Shown in pieces: positions 37,062 to 49,387 of a DNA stretch of 64,000 nucleotides; positions within the stretch are counted from its first letter, which is position 1, and every line of letters starts with the position of its first letter. Source of the stretch: Gnetum montanum (taxonomy: Eukaryota; Plantae; Gnetophyta); assembly GCA_015680685.1 (NCBI GenBank), contig MNCI01003306.1, positions 924,756-988,755 of the forward strand, in the 5' to 3' direction. The notes beneath the pieces were generated by a model. It did not search any database. It was not told the DNA's origin and worked only from the letters and a program-made list of their open reading frames with translations. The position numbers and the translations under genes are program-made.

Positions 37062-37405
37062 TCCGCTATGACATAAAACTAGCACAGATCATCCACTACG
37101 ACGTGAAATTGGCATAGAATGTCTGCTATGACATTAAACTGGCACAACATTTCTTTGGGCCATGACATAAAACTGGCACCCATAGATTGTCCTTGGGCCA
37201 TGACATAAAACTAGCACCCGCAGCATGGTCTGCTATGACCTTAAACTGGCCATCCTCCATCCGCTATGACTTTAAACTAGCACAACGGTCTACTGGAACC
37301 TTAAACTAGCATAGCTCTATTTTCCCAGACCTTAAAATAGGACCACGGTCTACTAGGACTTTAAACTAGCACATCTAATGGTCTTCCAAAACCTAAAATT
37401 GGGTT
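37062..37405 (+). repeat. ccgctatgaCCTTAAACTGGCA array after the integrase of B
   Basis: About 11 copies with ~30-37 bp period and variable spacers. Confidence 0.88.
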
Positions 37406-38784
37406 CACAGTGTAACACCTCCCAACTCACACATGTGAGCTTGTGAACAAGTGAGCATGCATATCTTCAAGCTTCCTAGGCAAGATGGGATGGGACATTG
37501 CAATTCCAGAATGAAGTTCACATCATCAAGAAAAATACCTTTAGGACACATGTAGTGTCGCCATTCCTAGCATCTTGTTGATCTTCCTGAGATGCCATAT
37601 GGCATCTTGATGACCTTTCGGAGCTATTGCCGCCATCACCAATCATCTTGGAGCACCTTCTACTAGAATCCCAACACTATTGTGGCCCAGCCACAATGCT
37701 ACCATCCTCCAACCCTTGCCATCATTAGAGTCTAAGAAATCATTCAACTATTAGGCTTCTCACCTTGTAGCTAGACATCCTGGCTATTTCCTTTGTTGGG
37801 GATTCCTGAGCACCCACATTACCGTTGCTCCTAGCCTCTTCAGTGCTCATTTCCAACATGGCTATTGAAGTTTTCCAGCTTGCCACCTTCAAAGCTGATA
37901 CTAGCCTTCATGCTTTGGATATTACACATGTCAAACATAGCACTTGTTTCTTCAACAATGTCCCGAGAAAACAGGACTTCGCCCTCACCTCACATGCTCA
38001 TTGTTTTTCTAGTTTTCTCTCTATTGTATTTGCAGGATAAAAGACAAGATGGCATTGTTCGAGAATACATTTCACCACCAGGACAAGGTGCTACATCATT
38101 CCAAAGTACCCAATCTAATCAACCTAGCTACTTGAGAGTGCATACCCTACTATCCCTTCAGCCAACCTAACTTCCCTTCCTTATACTTACAGTTTTTGAC
38201 ATCTTCCTCCCAACCTTTTCCAATGTGTGTGAAACCCTTTTCTGTGCTCAACCACCAAGCCCATGGTGGATGTAATGTAGCTCGTCCTATGGGAAGCCTC
38301 TGTAGACTAGTCAAAGCCCCACATGGATGTAACACAAACTCATCCTGGGGAGAAAACACTCGTCTTACAGTAATAACACAATTACCTTCGAATGAACATG
38401 GGTGTGTGATTTTTTCTCCCAAAAAAAAGAATAAAAAGTGGTGATATAGCCAAGTTCCCAAGACAAATGGTACAGTTTCCTTGTAGTCATCTCAACTTTG
38501 GATCAACCACCTCTAAGCACTCCAATGAGAGGTCAAAATCCAAAGGGAGAAGCCACTCATGTGCACCAAATCCCCCATAAGAATTCTGACAAGGGATCAC
38601 ACTATGGCAACAACTCCCATGATAACGCATCCTACACCTTTCCTTTTCCCTAGTAGAATTTCCTCAAAATCGTCTCTTTCTCTATCATACTTAGCTTTCT
38701 CACCACTCCCAAGAATAGTAAAGCATTATCTAAGCAGGCACTCACGAACTGTATGATTGTCATGTTCAGCATAGTGTTTCATTT

Positions 38785-38838
38785 TCTTTGTCGATGTCTC
38801 TTAGGCAAATACTCTAGACATCAACAAAGAGCAGTCAT
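38785..38838 (+). other. Pre-LTR hairpin plus decayed polypurine tract of B
   Basis: tctttgtcgatgtct ... agacatcaacaaaga inverted repeat immediately before the 3' LTR. Confidence 0.7.
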
Positions 38839-41032
38839 TGACACACCATCAATTTTGGGACTTTCATGATTCAACACAGTCCCGAAATTTGGGGAAGGAT
38901 CTCTACAAGCGTGGTGTCACGCTAGATTGTGCAGACAACATGGCACCCTAGAAGTCCTAACGCCTACGAAGCCACTTCTGAGCCTACCTTCCACCCTCTA
39001 CAACACAGTCAACATAGCACCCAATCATGAAGCCAATTTTCACGAATGAAGCATTGAGGATGGACCATACAATACAACAAGTTTTCTAATTATGGGACCT
39101 GCTATGCTGCACAACGTAGTAGGCCACGTGATGACTAAAACCTTCTCAAGTGTCAAATCAGGCATGAAAGATGCAATTGGCAATGATTCAGTCCTCAAGG
39201 ATACCAGCCCTACTTCATCTTTGGAATATGATCAGCGTAACATGGAAAAAATATGGCAAATGTTGCAAAAGTTATCCCATTTTGGGTGCTACACTGTGCT
39301 ACACTGCACATCACAGTAGGGTACCAACCATAACATAATATTTCTTGAAGTCATGTTGACAGAGAAAATGCACTTGACCATTCTTCAATCCTTAAGGATG
39401 CTTACCTTAATCTACCCTTGAATTGTGATCGATGTCACATAGGTAAATTTTGCAAAAGCCACCCCAACTTGGGTGCTACGCTATGCTATGCTACACAGCA
39501 TAGCACAGTGTAGCAAGATGGCAGCACTAAGAAAGTCTTCTCTCACATTACTTTGACAAAAGAACTACATTTAGCCATGTTTCAACCTCCAGGACTGTCC
39601 ATCCCACTCTGCTTTTAGAGTCTGATCAAAGTCTCTTGAAAAAGCATTGCAAATTAAGCTCAAATTCATGTTAGACTAGGTGCTACACTGTGCTACACTA
39701 CACAGCATAGCAGATACATTAAGGTTAAAAGTGTCCCAAGGATGAAACCAGGAAGTCTCAGGCTCCTTTAACATGAAAAGTGTAAAGGCTGGTTGCTGAA
39801 ATAGCTTGCCTTGCTAGGCCTCAAAGGGGTATTTTTGGTTTTCAAGCAAGATTTGTCTCAAAGGTGGCTGCTACATTATGCTACGTTGTATAGCGTAGCA
39901 TAGTGTAGCGAGTGGGTATTCATGCTACTATGCTACTCTAAACAATGTAGATAGTGTAACACTTGAAAAGAAGCCACAGGACATCTCCGGAAGTTCTAGG
40001 ACTCATCGTCGACAATCATTTCTACCCCAGCATCTCCTTGATAGCTGAGATCAGCAGTTTTCCTTGCTTGTTGCATCCCTTGTTGAGTCCCAAAATTGTC
40101 TCTACCCTTGACCCTACTCATAAGAGAGGGGAAGACATAGTATCGAAGTGTAAGATTCACTTTACATTTTTCATAAGAATTTTTAATAGAAATATGGCAA
40201 TCCCTTGGGTACATGTAGTTCGAATGATATGTCATAGCTCAGTACGTTTCACTTCTATCCTCATTCCATTCAGTGTAGCACCACACGTCAACATAGCACA
40301 TCCACATTGGTGCCCTGTGGAACCCAAGACATGTGATACCCAAGCCACATCTCTCTCCCACTCTTGGCTCTATCAATACCCTGGCAAACAACATTCTAGG
40401 TGTTGGATTTTGGCAATTGGCTTCTCACAATAAGCTTCAATGAAGAGATTGGTGAATAGAAGGTTGATAATAGAAAATCCCAACAGTAGCACTTCCAGAT
40501 CTCTCTTCAACCCAATGTAGCAGCTCTTAGTCCAGTAAGCACCGACTCATTGGTTCCTATCAGCACCACATCTGTAGCAGTCCAGGAGCTATGACCATAT
40601 CATTCCATTACCAGTTGTTTCTATCAAGTACTACATACCAGTTGTACACATTCATCATCCAAACAAATATCAGATCCCCCAATTTTGGGGTGGTGCATTC
40701 CCTCACCTAAACTCTCATTCTATTTTCACTATAACATATATGTTGCATCTTTGTGTAAAATTTCACACTCATTTTCCTAGTTACATACTTTGATGTGTTT
40801 CTATTGTTGTGCGTCCCATGTTTTCTTTCAATTTAACCTTAGCATGTTACATTTTCAAATTACTATTTTCATATAGTTAGTGTACACCACATAAGTCCCT
40901 GACTAATCAACCAGACTATTTAGGACACCCCATTTCTATTTTCTCCGGCACAGCCCTAGCATAGATCCAAGGTTAGGCTATACACCCGATAACCTCTCGA
41001 TGTTCCAGCCACCAACATTTTTAGGCATCACA
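38839..41032 (+). repeat. 3' LTR of B
   Basis: Direct repeat of 20959-23259. Ends catcaCA, followed by the TSD. Confidence 0.93.
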
Positions 41033-41037
41033 TTAAG

Positions 41038-43300
41038 GTACCTAAAAAAATGGAAAGAATCTTCAAAGACTTAAATATATCTTTAGATGTTGAGAAGGTT
41101 TTTATGACCTATTCCATCTAAGGATAAAGGAAAGGAAAAAGTAGAAGAAGTATCATCTTCCCAAAAAGAAGACGAATCATCATCCTCTTCTTCTGAACAA
41201 CTATCTATAGAATCTTCTATTGATCCTTCGTGCCCTTACACATCTATACAAACACAAGAACAATATTATTGTATGGGATGTGGTGCTTTACTTAAGATCA
41301 ACATGAATGAAAGAAATTCATAATCACAATCAACACCACAATTTATATGCTGCAAGCCAAGAAAACATACGACACTCTAGCTGATATGATCCAACTCCAA
41401 ATTTGGACAAATAATAGGATAGGATTAATACTAGATTATAATTATAGGCACAACTCTATGCAAGAAAAAATAAAAGAACAAGTAGAACAAATCCACCAAA
41501 TTTGGGTCCCCAAAGGTAAACACTCTAGTCCTTCAGAAAGTAGTAGCTCTAAAACTAAGACTAAAGACAAAGGTAAAGAAAGACTTCTTCCATTTTGAAG
41601 ATCACTACCTCCTATCAAAATATCCCATAGGGCTAGATTTAGAGCAAAACAAAAGGCTGAAAAGGAATCCAAAAGTAAAGAAAAGGTCATTAACGCCAAC
41701 ACTAGAGTTCAAGGACCTATGATCACTTCTAATCAAGAAGGATCCACAATTATTACAAAAGCCTTCCTTGACTGTGAAGAAAAACTCATGACTAAGAAAA
41801 ATTTTGGTGGATGCACTAAAGATCCTATAGATTTCTCAGAAATGCAAATTAGAAAATTGGATGATAAGGCTCCCACTTTCTCTATGGATAATAAAGATTT
41901 AAAAGGTTAACGAGATACTATAGATTCCCTACACAGTTTTGTCATGATCTAAATAGTTTTAGAAAGGAAACACTCCATTGATGACATTTGGAATGATACC
42001 TTTAATTTTTGAGGTATCTTGAGAAGATGGTGGAACCATATACCTAATGATGTTTAAAGAAAAATCATGCATGCACCTACTGTCATATTTATCAATGCTA
42101 TCATAAAAGAGTTTATCAGAGATAAACTTCATACTAATAATCTTTATCATGATAGATTTTACAAAGCTAGGCTACATATAATCCAAGACCTTCATCAATT
42201 CCTTAATGATATGAAATAATAGTATTACTAGGGAAAACTTACCCATGAAGTAGGTGCAAAAAAACACTTGATAGGATGTCTCCCTCAATCATTCTATAAT
42301 AAGTATTTTGCTGAACTTAAACATCAAGATTTAAATTTACAAGAAATGAGTTTTCAAGCCATTAGACAATTTATCACAAATGTGAATTGAGAAATCTATT
42401 ATGATCAACAAGCATAAAAATAGGTTAAAGATTTATGTAGGAAATTAGGCAAATCATTATGTTTAGAAATCTATCTAGAGGATAAGTTCCATAAGTCATC
42501 CTAGTGTTGTCCACAACAAGGGCATAAGAGACGGTACTACCATCCACAACACTAGGAGATATCCTTATTGAGTTCTTTGATTATTACACTGATGGTAATA
42601 TCAACACAAATCTTGAGTATATCTTAGATCTTGATTCTACTTTTTCCCGTGGAGGGGAGTTTGTAGACTTAGATGATTCCAATGTTGTTTTCTGTAAAAT
42701 ATGAATCACCACATATCGTTTTCAGGCAGATGATCCCAAGGTAATAGACTAGGTCAAACCACTAAAGATGAATCTATGTCCCATAGATCTCATCAATCAA
42801 AGAGATGTCATAGGTCTAGAAAGACAAATCCTGAAGATGACCCTACATATGTAAACATAAAAGAATAGATATTAGAATTAGAAAGTAAACTAAAAAAGAC
42901 ACTAGTAGACAATATACATAAATACATCTCTGTTCAGAAAAAGCTACAAGAAAAAAAAGAAGAATTAAGATCCCAAAAACATCATCTGAAATAAAGAGAT
43001 ATGTTTTTCCAAGAGGCCCAACTTCCATTAGACATAGAAGACAAACTCAAGGAATTAGAAAAAGTAGAAAAATCCACTAATGAATCCTCTCCTGAGGCAT
43101 CCTCTCCTGAGTTATCTCAACCTACTTCTCTAAAAAGGTAAGAATCTCCAAAACACCCAAACCTAAAACCATTTCTTTGAAGAACACATCAAATAAGGTA
43201 ATTACAAGCCTTTATCCAATGGGCTACAAATGAACTAGAATAACTATAGATAGAAGAAAATAATAAACAGAGACAATAGTACAAAGAAGAAACAAAGGCT
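41038..43300 (+). pseudogene. Caulimovirid polyprotein middle region: linker, coat protein and a charged coiled-coil-like segment
   Basis: F*GILRRWWNHIP..FINAIIKEF..IGCLP (caulimovirid CP-like) near 42010-42290. Zinc knuckle not clearly preserved. Confidence 0.65.
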
Positions 43301-43700
43301 ACCATGTATGTCCAACTAGTGAACAAAAATATCCAAATAAAATCTTCTCTACCTATTTTCCCATTTTATATTAAATTTCCTCTTATAAAAAATAAATAGA
43401 GATATCACTGGCAAGATCAAGTGCCATACCAAGGCATTTTTTTAACCAAAAAGACAAAGTCTTTTGTCTCTTTCAACACATAGAAGAGACCAATAGATCA
43501 TTAGGCTGAAATTCCAATCCAATCAACCCAAGGTAAAACTTTTCTCATAATTTTATATCAATCTAATATACCTTCTTATGATTTACTTCTTAAGACTAAC
43601 AATTTGCAACACTTAGAACCTTATACTATAACATCTAGACATATAGTTCTAGGTAATCAAAAATTTAATAACATAGAAAAATACATAAGTAGATTTCCCA
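43300..43700 (+). pseudogene. Caulimovirid aspartic protease remnant (catalytic DTG apparently deleted)
   Basis: EISLARSSAIP ... YDLLL..NNLQHLEPYTI matches the C-terminal protease motif and lies just before the RT. Confidence 0.55.
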
Positions 43701-43839
43701 TTGAAAAACCTCAAAAACTAGGGAAAAAATGGATCATAAATCAAGTAGAAAAGTTAGACGATCAATTCCAACAATGTAAAAACAAATTATTAGAGTTAGC
43801 TAATAAAAATCCTACTTTCTTTCAATACAAAATGGAACC

Positions 43840-44506
43840 CTAGTGCCATATCAAATTAAAAGAGAGCATAAAAATTAGTTCAAAAGCTCATCACATAGGT
43901 ATGCCTCCAAATTTATGGAAAGAATGTGATGAAGAGATAAAACAACTTATAAACAAAGGTTTGATCTAACTAAGCGCAAGTATGTTTACCTATGTCGCTT
44001 TCTATGTTAATAAACATGCAAAATTAGGTAGAGGAAAGAAGCACTTAGTAGTTAATTACAAACCTTTGAATAATCTAATTAAACTAGTGGAGCATCCTAT
44101 TCCAAATCAGGATAATCTCTTTTAAAGACTGTTACATACCTATGTCTATTCAAAATCTGAGTTAAAATCTTGGTTTTGGTATATACAAGTTTATCCTAAA
44201 GATCATTGGAAAATTCCTTTACTGTCACTAGAGGTCTATATGAATGGATTTTTTTACCTTTTGGGATGAAGACTACTCCTTCCATTTTTCAAAATTGCAT
44301 GGATCATATTTTTTCACAATATCAATTCATTATGGTTTATATAGATGATATTTTAATTATGAGTATAAATGTTAACCAAGATCTTGAGCATTTAAAGATA
44401 TTTTATGATCTTATAGATAACCATGGTTTGGTTCTTTCACCAACACAAATGCAAATTGGTCAGGAAAAAATAAGATTTTTAGGATTAGAAATCTCACAAG
44501 GTTTTA
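43840..44506 (+). pseudogene. Caulimovirid reverse transcriptase, truncated after FLGLEISQG
   Basis: EIKQLINKGLI, AFYVNKHA, RGKK.LVVNYKPLN, GLYEW..LPFGMK..PSIFQ..MD, VYIDDILI, FLGLEI. Confidence 0.93.
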
Positions 44507-45559
44507 GGAGGCCAACCCATAAAACATTGGGGCATAGGGGTATTTATAGGGCTAGGGTTAACCCAAAATGTAGATCAAGCACCACATGGTAGTGTGATAG
44601 GTGGGACTATGAGAAAAAGTCAAAAAAAATCTCTAAGTTTGGAGGTGACCATAAAAGTTCAAAAATTTTCTAACTCTAGTTGCTACACTCACCCCTTCTT
44701 ATGCATAGGACACGTAACTTAGCAGATAGAAAACATTTTGCAAAACTAGTGTTCCATGTTGACTATGCTCTAGAGCACAATAGGGGCAATGGGAGCATAG
44801 CATAACAGTTAGCAAACTTCTACAAAACTGGCCATTTATGTGTTGGCTATGCTTTCTACGCTCTAGAGCATAGCAGCTATAGTGCCAGGGCATAGCACAA
44901 CACTTAGAAAAATTCTATAGATTTTGACCTTATTTGAACACTTAGCCAAGATTATAGAAGATTGGCCATTGAAGTTGACTACACTCTACTGTAGTGGAGA
45001 GCATGGTCTCAGCACTTGGACAAATTTGTGAAAAGTGCCATCATTTTGACACTTAGAAAAATTTTGCAAATCTAGCAGTTGGAACTTACTACACTCAACA
45101 CTTAGAAAAATTTGGGCAAAGTGCTACCATTTTGACACTTAGCCAAATTTGTAGTTGAGACACCAAGACCTGAAATTTTGTGCTATTTTAATGTCCCCTC
45201 TTTGTTGATGTCTAGAGGAGTAGCCCGAGAGGCATCAACAAAGAATTGTAAAACATCACAGCAAATGTGGCACCAACATCGCTTCTCAATACTAGATCGA
45301 GTGTCATTCCACCATGTTCAAGAGTGCTGTGGATAACGATGTGCTAGGGAAAAGTGTGTAGGAAATGTGCTAGGGAGATGAAATTCAAGTAGAGAAAATA
45401 AAATGCAAACAATGTATCTTGATGCAAGATGTGAAGTCAGCATGGCTAACGGTGACCATGGCATGAAGTGGCTTGCTCTTAAGTGTTGACTCCTCGTTGG
45501 GATGCTTATGAGAGAGGCAAAGTCGATCCAAGGCTAGGCTGATTGAGAAATTTCAATGC

Positions 45560-47001
45560 TAGGGTTTCTATATGCCACGTAGGCTAGGTCATTACTAGCT
45601 TGTAATGCCTCTTCTATGCCCTTCATTTGGGCAAAGGCTTAGCTAAGAGACTTCAAGGCTAGGTAATATAGTTTGGACCTGATGAAGTCATTCACTACAC
45701 CCTTGAATATGGCCAGTAGGTGTGTCTCTGCTAAGGATTCACACATTTCACTCAATGCAACATTCCAGCATTAGAGGAATTTTGGCACAAGCTCTAGGAG
45801 CCCCTACTTGACTTGCATGAGCTAGTCGAGGGTTGCTTCAAGCTTTAGGTTGTACCTAAAGTGTGTCAAAAACTGGCTTATGAGATCCTCTAAAGAAGAG
45901 ATTGAGGCCTTAGGTAGTGCACGATACTAGTCTAAGGCCTTACCAATGAGTGACATGGGGAACATGTGCATGATGTCATGTGGCCAGGCTTGAAGGAGTA
46001 GGCACTCAGATCGAAATGTGCCAAGTATGCATTGGGGTTCCCTTTACCATTATACTTGGTAAGTTGAGGCAATAGGACCCTAGTTGGGAGAGTCAAGGGT
46101 GGGACCGTAGGACTTATGGGGTCGTCTTGGTAAAAGTCCACCACCTTGACAGTTTCAAAGGATGCAACTTTGAGTTGGTTGGTCTCCTCTGTCAAACTTT
46201 GGATTAGCTGGAATGCCTGATCCAAACATGGGGATGTGTTGGTTGGTTGCATTGGCTGGGTTTGTGTTGGTCATATGGCGTAGGGTCGAATTTTTGGTTG
46301 CAGATTTTTTCAGCTTAATGTCAAAGTGGATGTCAATTGCCAGTTTAACATCATAGTGAATGGTCATTACTAATTTAACATCATCGTGGATGGATGGTAA
46401 CGGTGATCAAGGTGGACCACACATGAGTGGGTTGGATGGACATCGTGGGCATTGATGAAACAGGCAAGATGTAGGATGCTTGAATAGTATAGGGCTAGGA
46501 GGTAGCCCCTTTGTGAGCATAGGGTTGGGCAAATGCAACAATTATTTGCAAGGAAGGCTAAATTAGCATGGTCACCATCTTGGAGAGGATGGATGGACTG
46601 AACCAAGGAGGGATTGTACTAGGGAGTGATTGTTGAAAGATAGTGTAGAGGAGGCTCTCATGTTTAGAGTAGGCCTCAAACTCATCTTCTTCCTCCTATG
46701 AGGCTTCCTCGTAGGTTGTTCTTGCATCATGCTCATTTGCACAGATGAGTTGGGACAACAGCTGGTGGTAGGACTCCATGAGTGGAATTATGTCAAACAA
46801 GGAGGATTTGTACTCTCGTCCATCCTAGTGGACTCATTCATAGTTTTGTTTTGCCTCCAGGTCAAGGTAATCCACTAGTAATCCTACTTGGATTTTGGCA
46901 CAAACAAAATTCTATTGTTTGTGGCTTAGCGTAGCATGCTTTAGGTGGATCATGGTGTCAAATGTGTTAAACACTTACATGAAAGGTTGATCTGGATTCA
47001 T
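45560..47001 (-). pseudogene. gag: Partial gag of D
   Basis: DFYQDDPISPTVPPLTLP...LTKYNGKGNP, homologous to B and C. Confidence 0.85.
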
Positions 47002-47039
47002 ATTCACAAATCAGGTTGTGAGAGTTGCTATTTGTAGAA

Positions 47040-47320
47040 AAAGGCTAACTCTGAAAACTGCAGAAAAATGACTAACTTTGCCAATAGCAGAAAAATGGCT
47101 AGGTATAAAAATGTAGAAAACTGGCTAAGTGTAAAAATGCAAAAAAATGGCTAAGTATGGAAACTACAAAAAATTGACTAAGTGTAAAACTATAGAAAAT
47201 TTAGCTAAGTATGAAACTACAAAAATTTGGCTAAGTGTGAAAATGTAGAAAAAAATGCTTAAGTATGAAAATGCAAAAAAAAAAATGCTAAGTGTGAAAG
47301 CTACTAAAAATGGCTAACTC
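47040..47320 (-). repeat. ~30-bp tandem repeat in the 5' UTR of D
   Basis: Recurrent aaaatgtagaaaa..tggctaagt(g/a)t. The same repeat occurs inverted at 53250-53580 in C. Confidence 0.85.
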
Positions 47321-49057
47321 TAGTGCTACACTCACTACGCTAGAGCTGGCTACGCTCTCTACACTGAGAGCTAGCTACGCTCTCATGAGAACCTAGAATT
47401 TTAGTTAACTGGCAAATATACACTTTGGCTTTTGTCCAACAATGTTCCAGGGGAACTGACTACAGGGTCCAATCTACACCAACTAGTGGTGGAGAGAGTA
47501 CGCATGACAACAATCAAAAAATGTAGAAGAATGGCAAGGCCCTACTTCTAGAGCCAAAAATTATAACAACTAAAAATGTCGATGGCTAGAATCACTAAGG
47601 GATCAATGAACACACAACCTTAACCTTGCCTCTGCATGAGGACCTTGCTATAAATGGAGGCAGAGTGCTCTAAATGGTCTTGTTGATTGAATAAGGACTT
47701 TGTCAGTTACAACTAGGGTGGTGGGTGCAACTGGGGGGTGGCATGGTTAGCCAAAATACAAATGCAAGTGAGGTGAAATGGTACTAAGTGTCAAAGCAGT
47801 GCTTTGTAGTGCTAAGTGTAAAGCGTAGCCACAAAATGGGGTGATCATAGCTAAGGGTTTTGACCACAATGAGGGTGTCAACCCATGAAGACTATTGCCC
47901 GAGCATAGTATAGTGTGATGATGTGTGAAAAGTGCAGAAAGATGCAAGAAAAATGTAAGAAAATACTAAAAATAGGAGAGAGAAATGAACACTACCCCAA
48001 ATGGAAGAGTAGTTAACTCCAAAAGGATCTCAAAAGGTACATAATGTACAAAAACCATAGTGGAAGCATAGTCAAAATCTCGATGGTGTAAGGCCGTGAA
48101 GTCTAGTGCTAGCCATGATGAACCATGTTTGCTAGGTTGGCCACCGCAGTGTATTGTGTGGTGTTTTGTAGGGCTGCAATGGGGTCGTAGTGTACCTTGC
48201 AGTGCAAGGCTACAATGGGGCCATGATGTATCAAGTGGTGCAACTATGCCTCTCTACTATTGTTGTGTGCTTTGGGTCTCGTTTGCCCACAAAGCTAAGT
48301 GTCGAGATGCCAAAATGCCAAATGCCAAATGAAAGTGCCAACTACTAGTTGATGAAAAATGGAAGCCAACCCCTAAAACATTGGGACAAAAGGATATTTA
48401 TAAGACTAGGGTTAACCCAAAATGTAGATTGGGCACTATGTGGTAGTGCAGTAGGTGGGACTACAAGAAAATCTTAGAAAAATTTTCTAAGTCCGCAAGT
48501 GACCAAAAAAGTTCAAAAATTTTCTAACTCTAATTACTATGCTCATCCCTTGTTACTCCTAGGACATGTAACTCAGTAATTAGAAAACATTTTGCAAAAA
48601 CTAGTGTCTCATGCTAGCTACACTCTAGAGCGTAGCAGGTGCAATGGGAGTATAGCATAACACTTAGAAATATTCTACAAAGCTAGCTATTTGTATGTTG
48701 ACTATACTGGCTACGCTCTAGAGTGTAGCATAGCGTAGCAACTACAATGCTAAAGCATAGCACAAAACTTAGGAAAATTCTATAGATTTTGACCTTATTT
48801 GAACACCTAGCCAAAATTGCAAAAGATTGGCCATTGAAGCTAACTACACTCTACTATAGTAGAGAGCATGGTCTCAGCACTTAGACAAATTTGCAAAAAG
48901 TGCCATCGTTCTAACACTTAAAAAATTTTTGCAAATCTAGCAGTTGGAGTTGACTACACTCAACACTTAGAAACATTTGGGCAATGTGTCACCATTTTAA
49001 CACTTAGCCAAATTTTCAGTTAAGATGCCAAGACTCAAGATTTTGTGGTGTTTCAAG

Positions 49058-49346
49058 TATGCCTCTAGAAAATTTTCTCCTAACTAGTTAAATTACCATA
49101 GCACTCACAAGGAGCTATTAGCCATCACCAAAGGGATTGAGAAGTTTTGGTTATTCCTGCAAGAAAAACATTTTATTATCCATAGTAACCATAAACAATT
49201 TGAAAAGTACCTTAATGTAAAGAATATAAATAAATTCGCCCATACTCGCTTAATCTGTTGGGCTTTATTTCTAGCAAATTTTGAATTTTCTACTAAATAT
49301 ATTAGTGGTCAACTGAATGTTTTAGCTAAATTTCTGACAAGAGAGT
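49058..49346 (+). pseudogene. Caulimovirid RNase H (N-terminus lost)
   Basis: YASRKFSPN*LNYHSTHKELLAITKGIEKF..F..TRLICWALFLANFEF..YISGQLNVLAKFLTRE. Confidence 0.92.
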
Positions 49347-49387
49347 ATAATCTCTCTTTATTACTAACTTGTTTCTATTTTATGTAG

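Larger units (their letters stand above)
20959..41032 (+). mobile_element. Element B: full-length (~20.1 kb) Tat-like Ty3/Gypsy LTR retrotransposon
   Basis: Two LTRs with TG...CA ends. TSD TTAAG (20954-20958, 41033-41037). PBS, PPT, gag-PR, antisense gene, RT-RH-aRH-INT. Confidence 0.95.
44507..49055 (-). mobile_element. Element D: non-autonomous deletion derivative of the C family, inserted in the viral RT/RNase H; 3' LTR truncated
   Basis: 5' LTR 49055-47562 (TGAAACACCAC..), PBS tggctctagaagtagggc near 47538-47556, partial gag 47001-~45560, PPT aacaaagagggg, 3' LTR 45190-44507. LTRs are similar to those of C. No TSD because the left end is deleted. Confidence 0.88.

Noticed and set aside
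37062-37405. CRISPR-like repeat-spacer appearance of the CCTTAAACTGGCA arrays
   Set aside because: The repeats are degenerate, the spacers are only ~6-15 nt and partly related to each other, there are no cas genes, and the context is a eukaryotic retrotransposon.
42500-42545. Possible CX2CX4HX4C zinc knuckle of the viral coat protein (CCPQQGHK)
   Set aside because: Spacing and the final Cys do not fit, and the region is too decayed to call.
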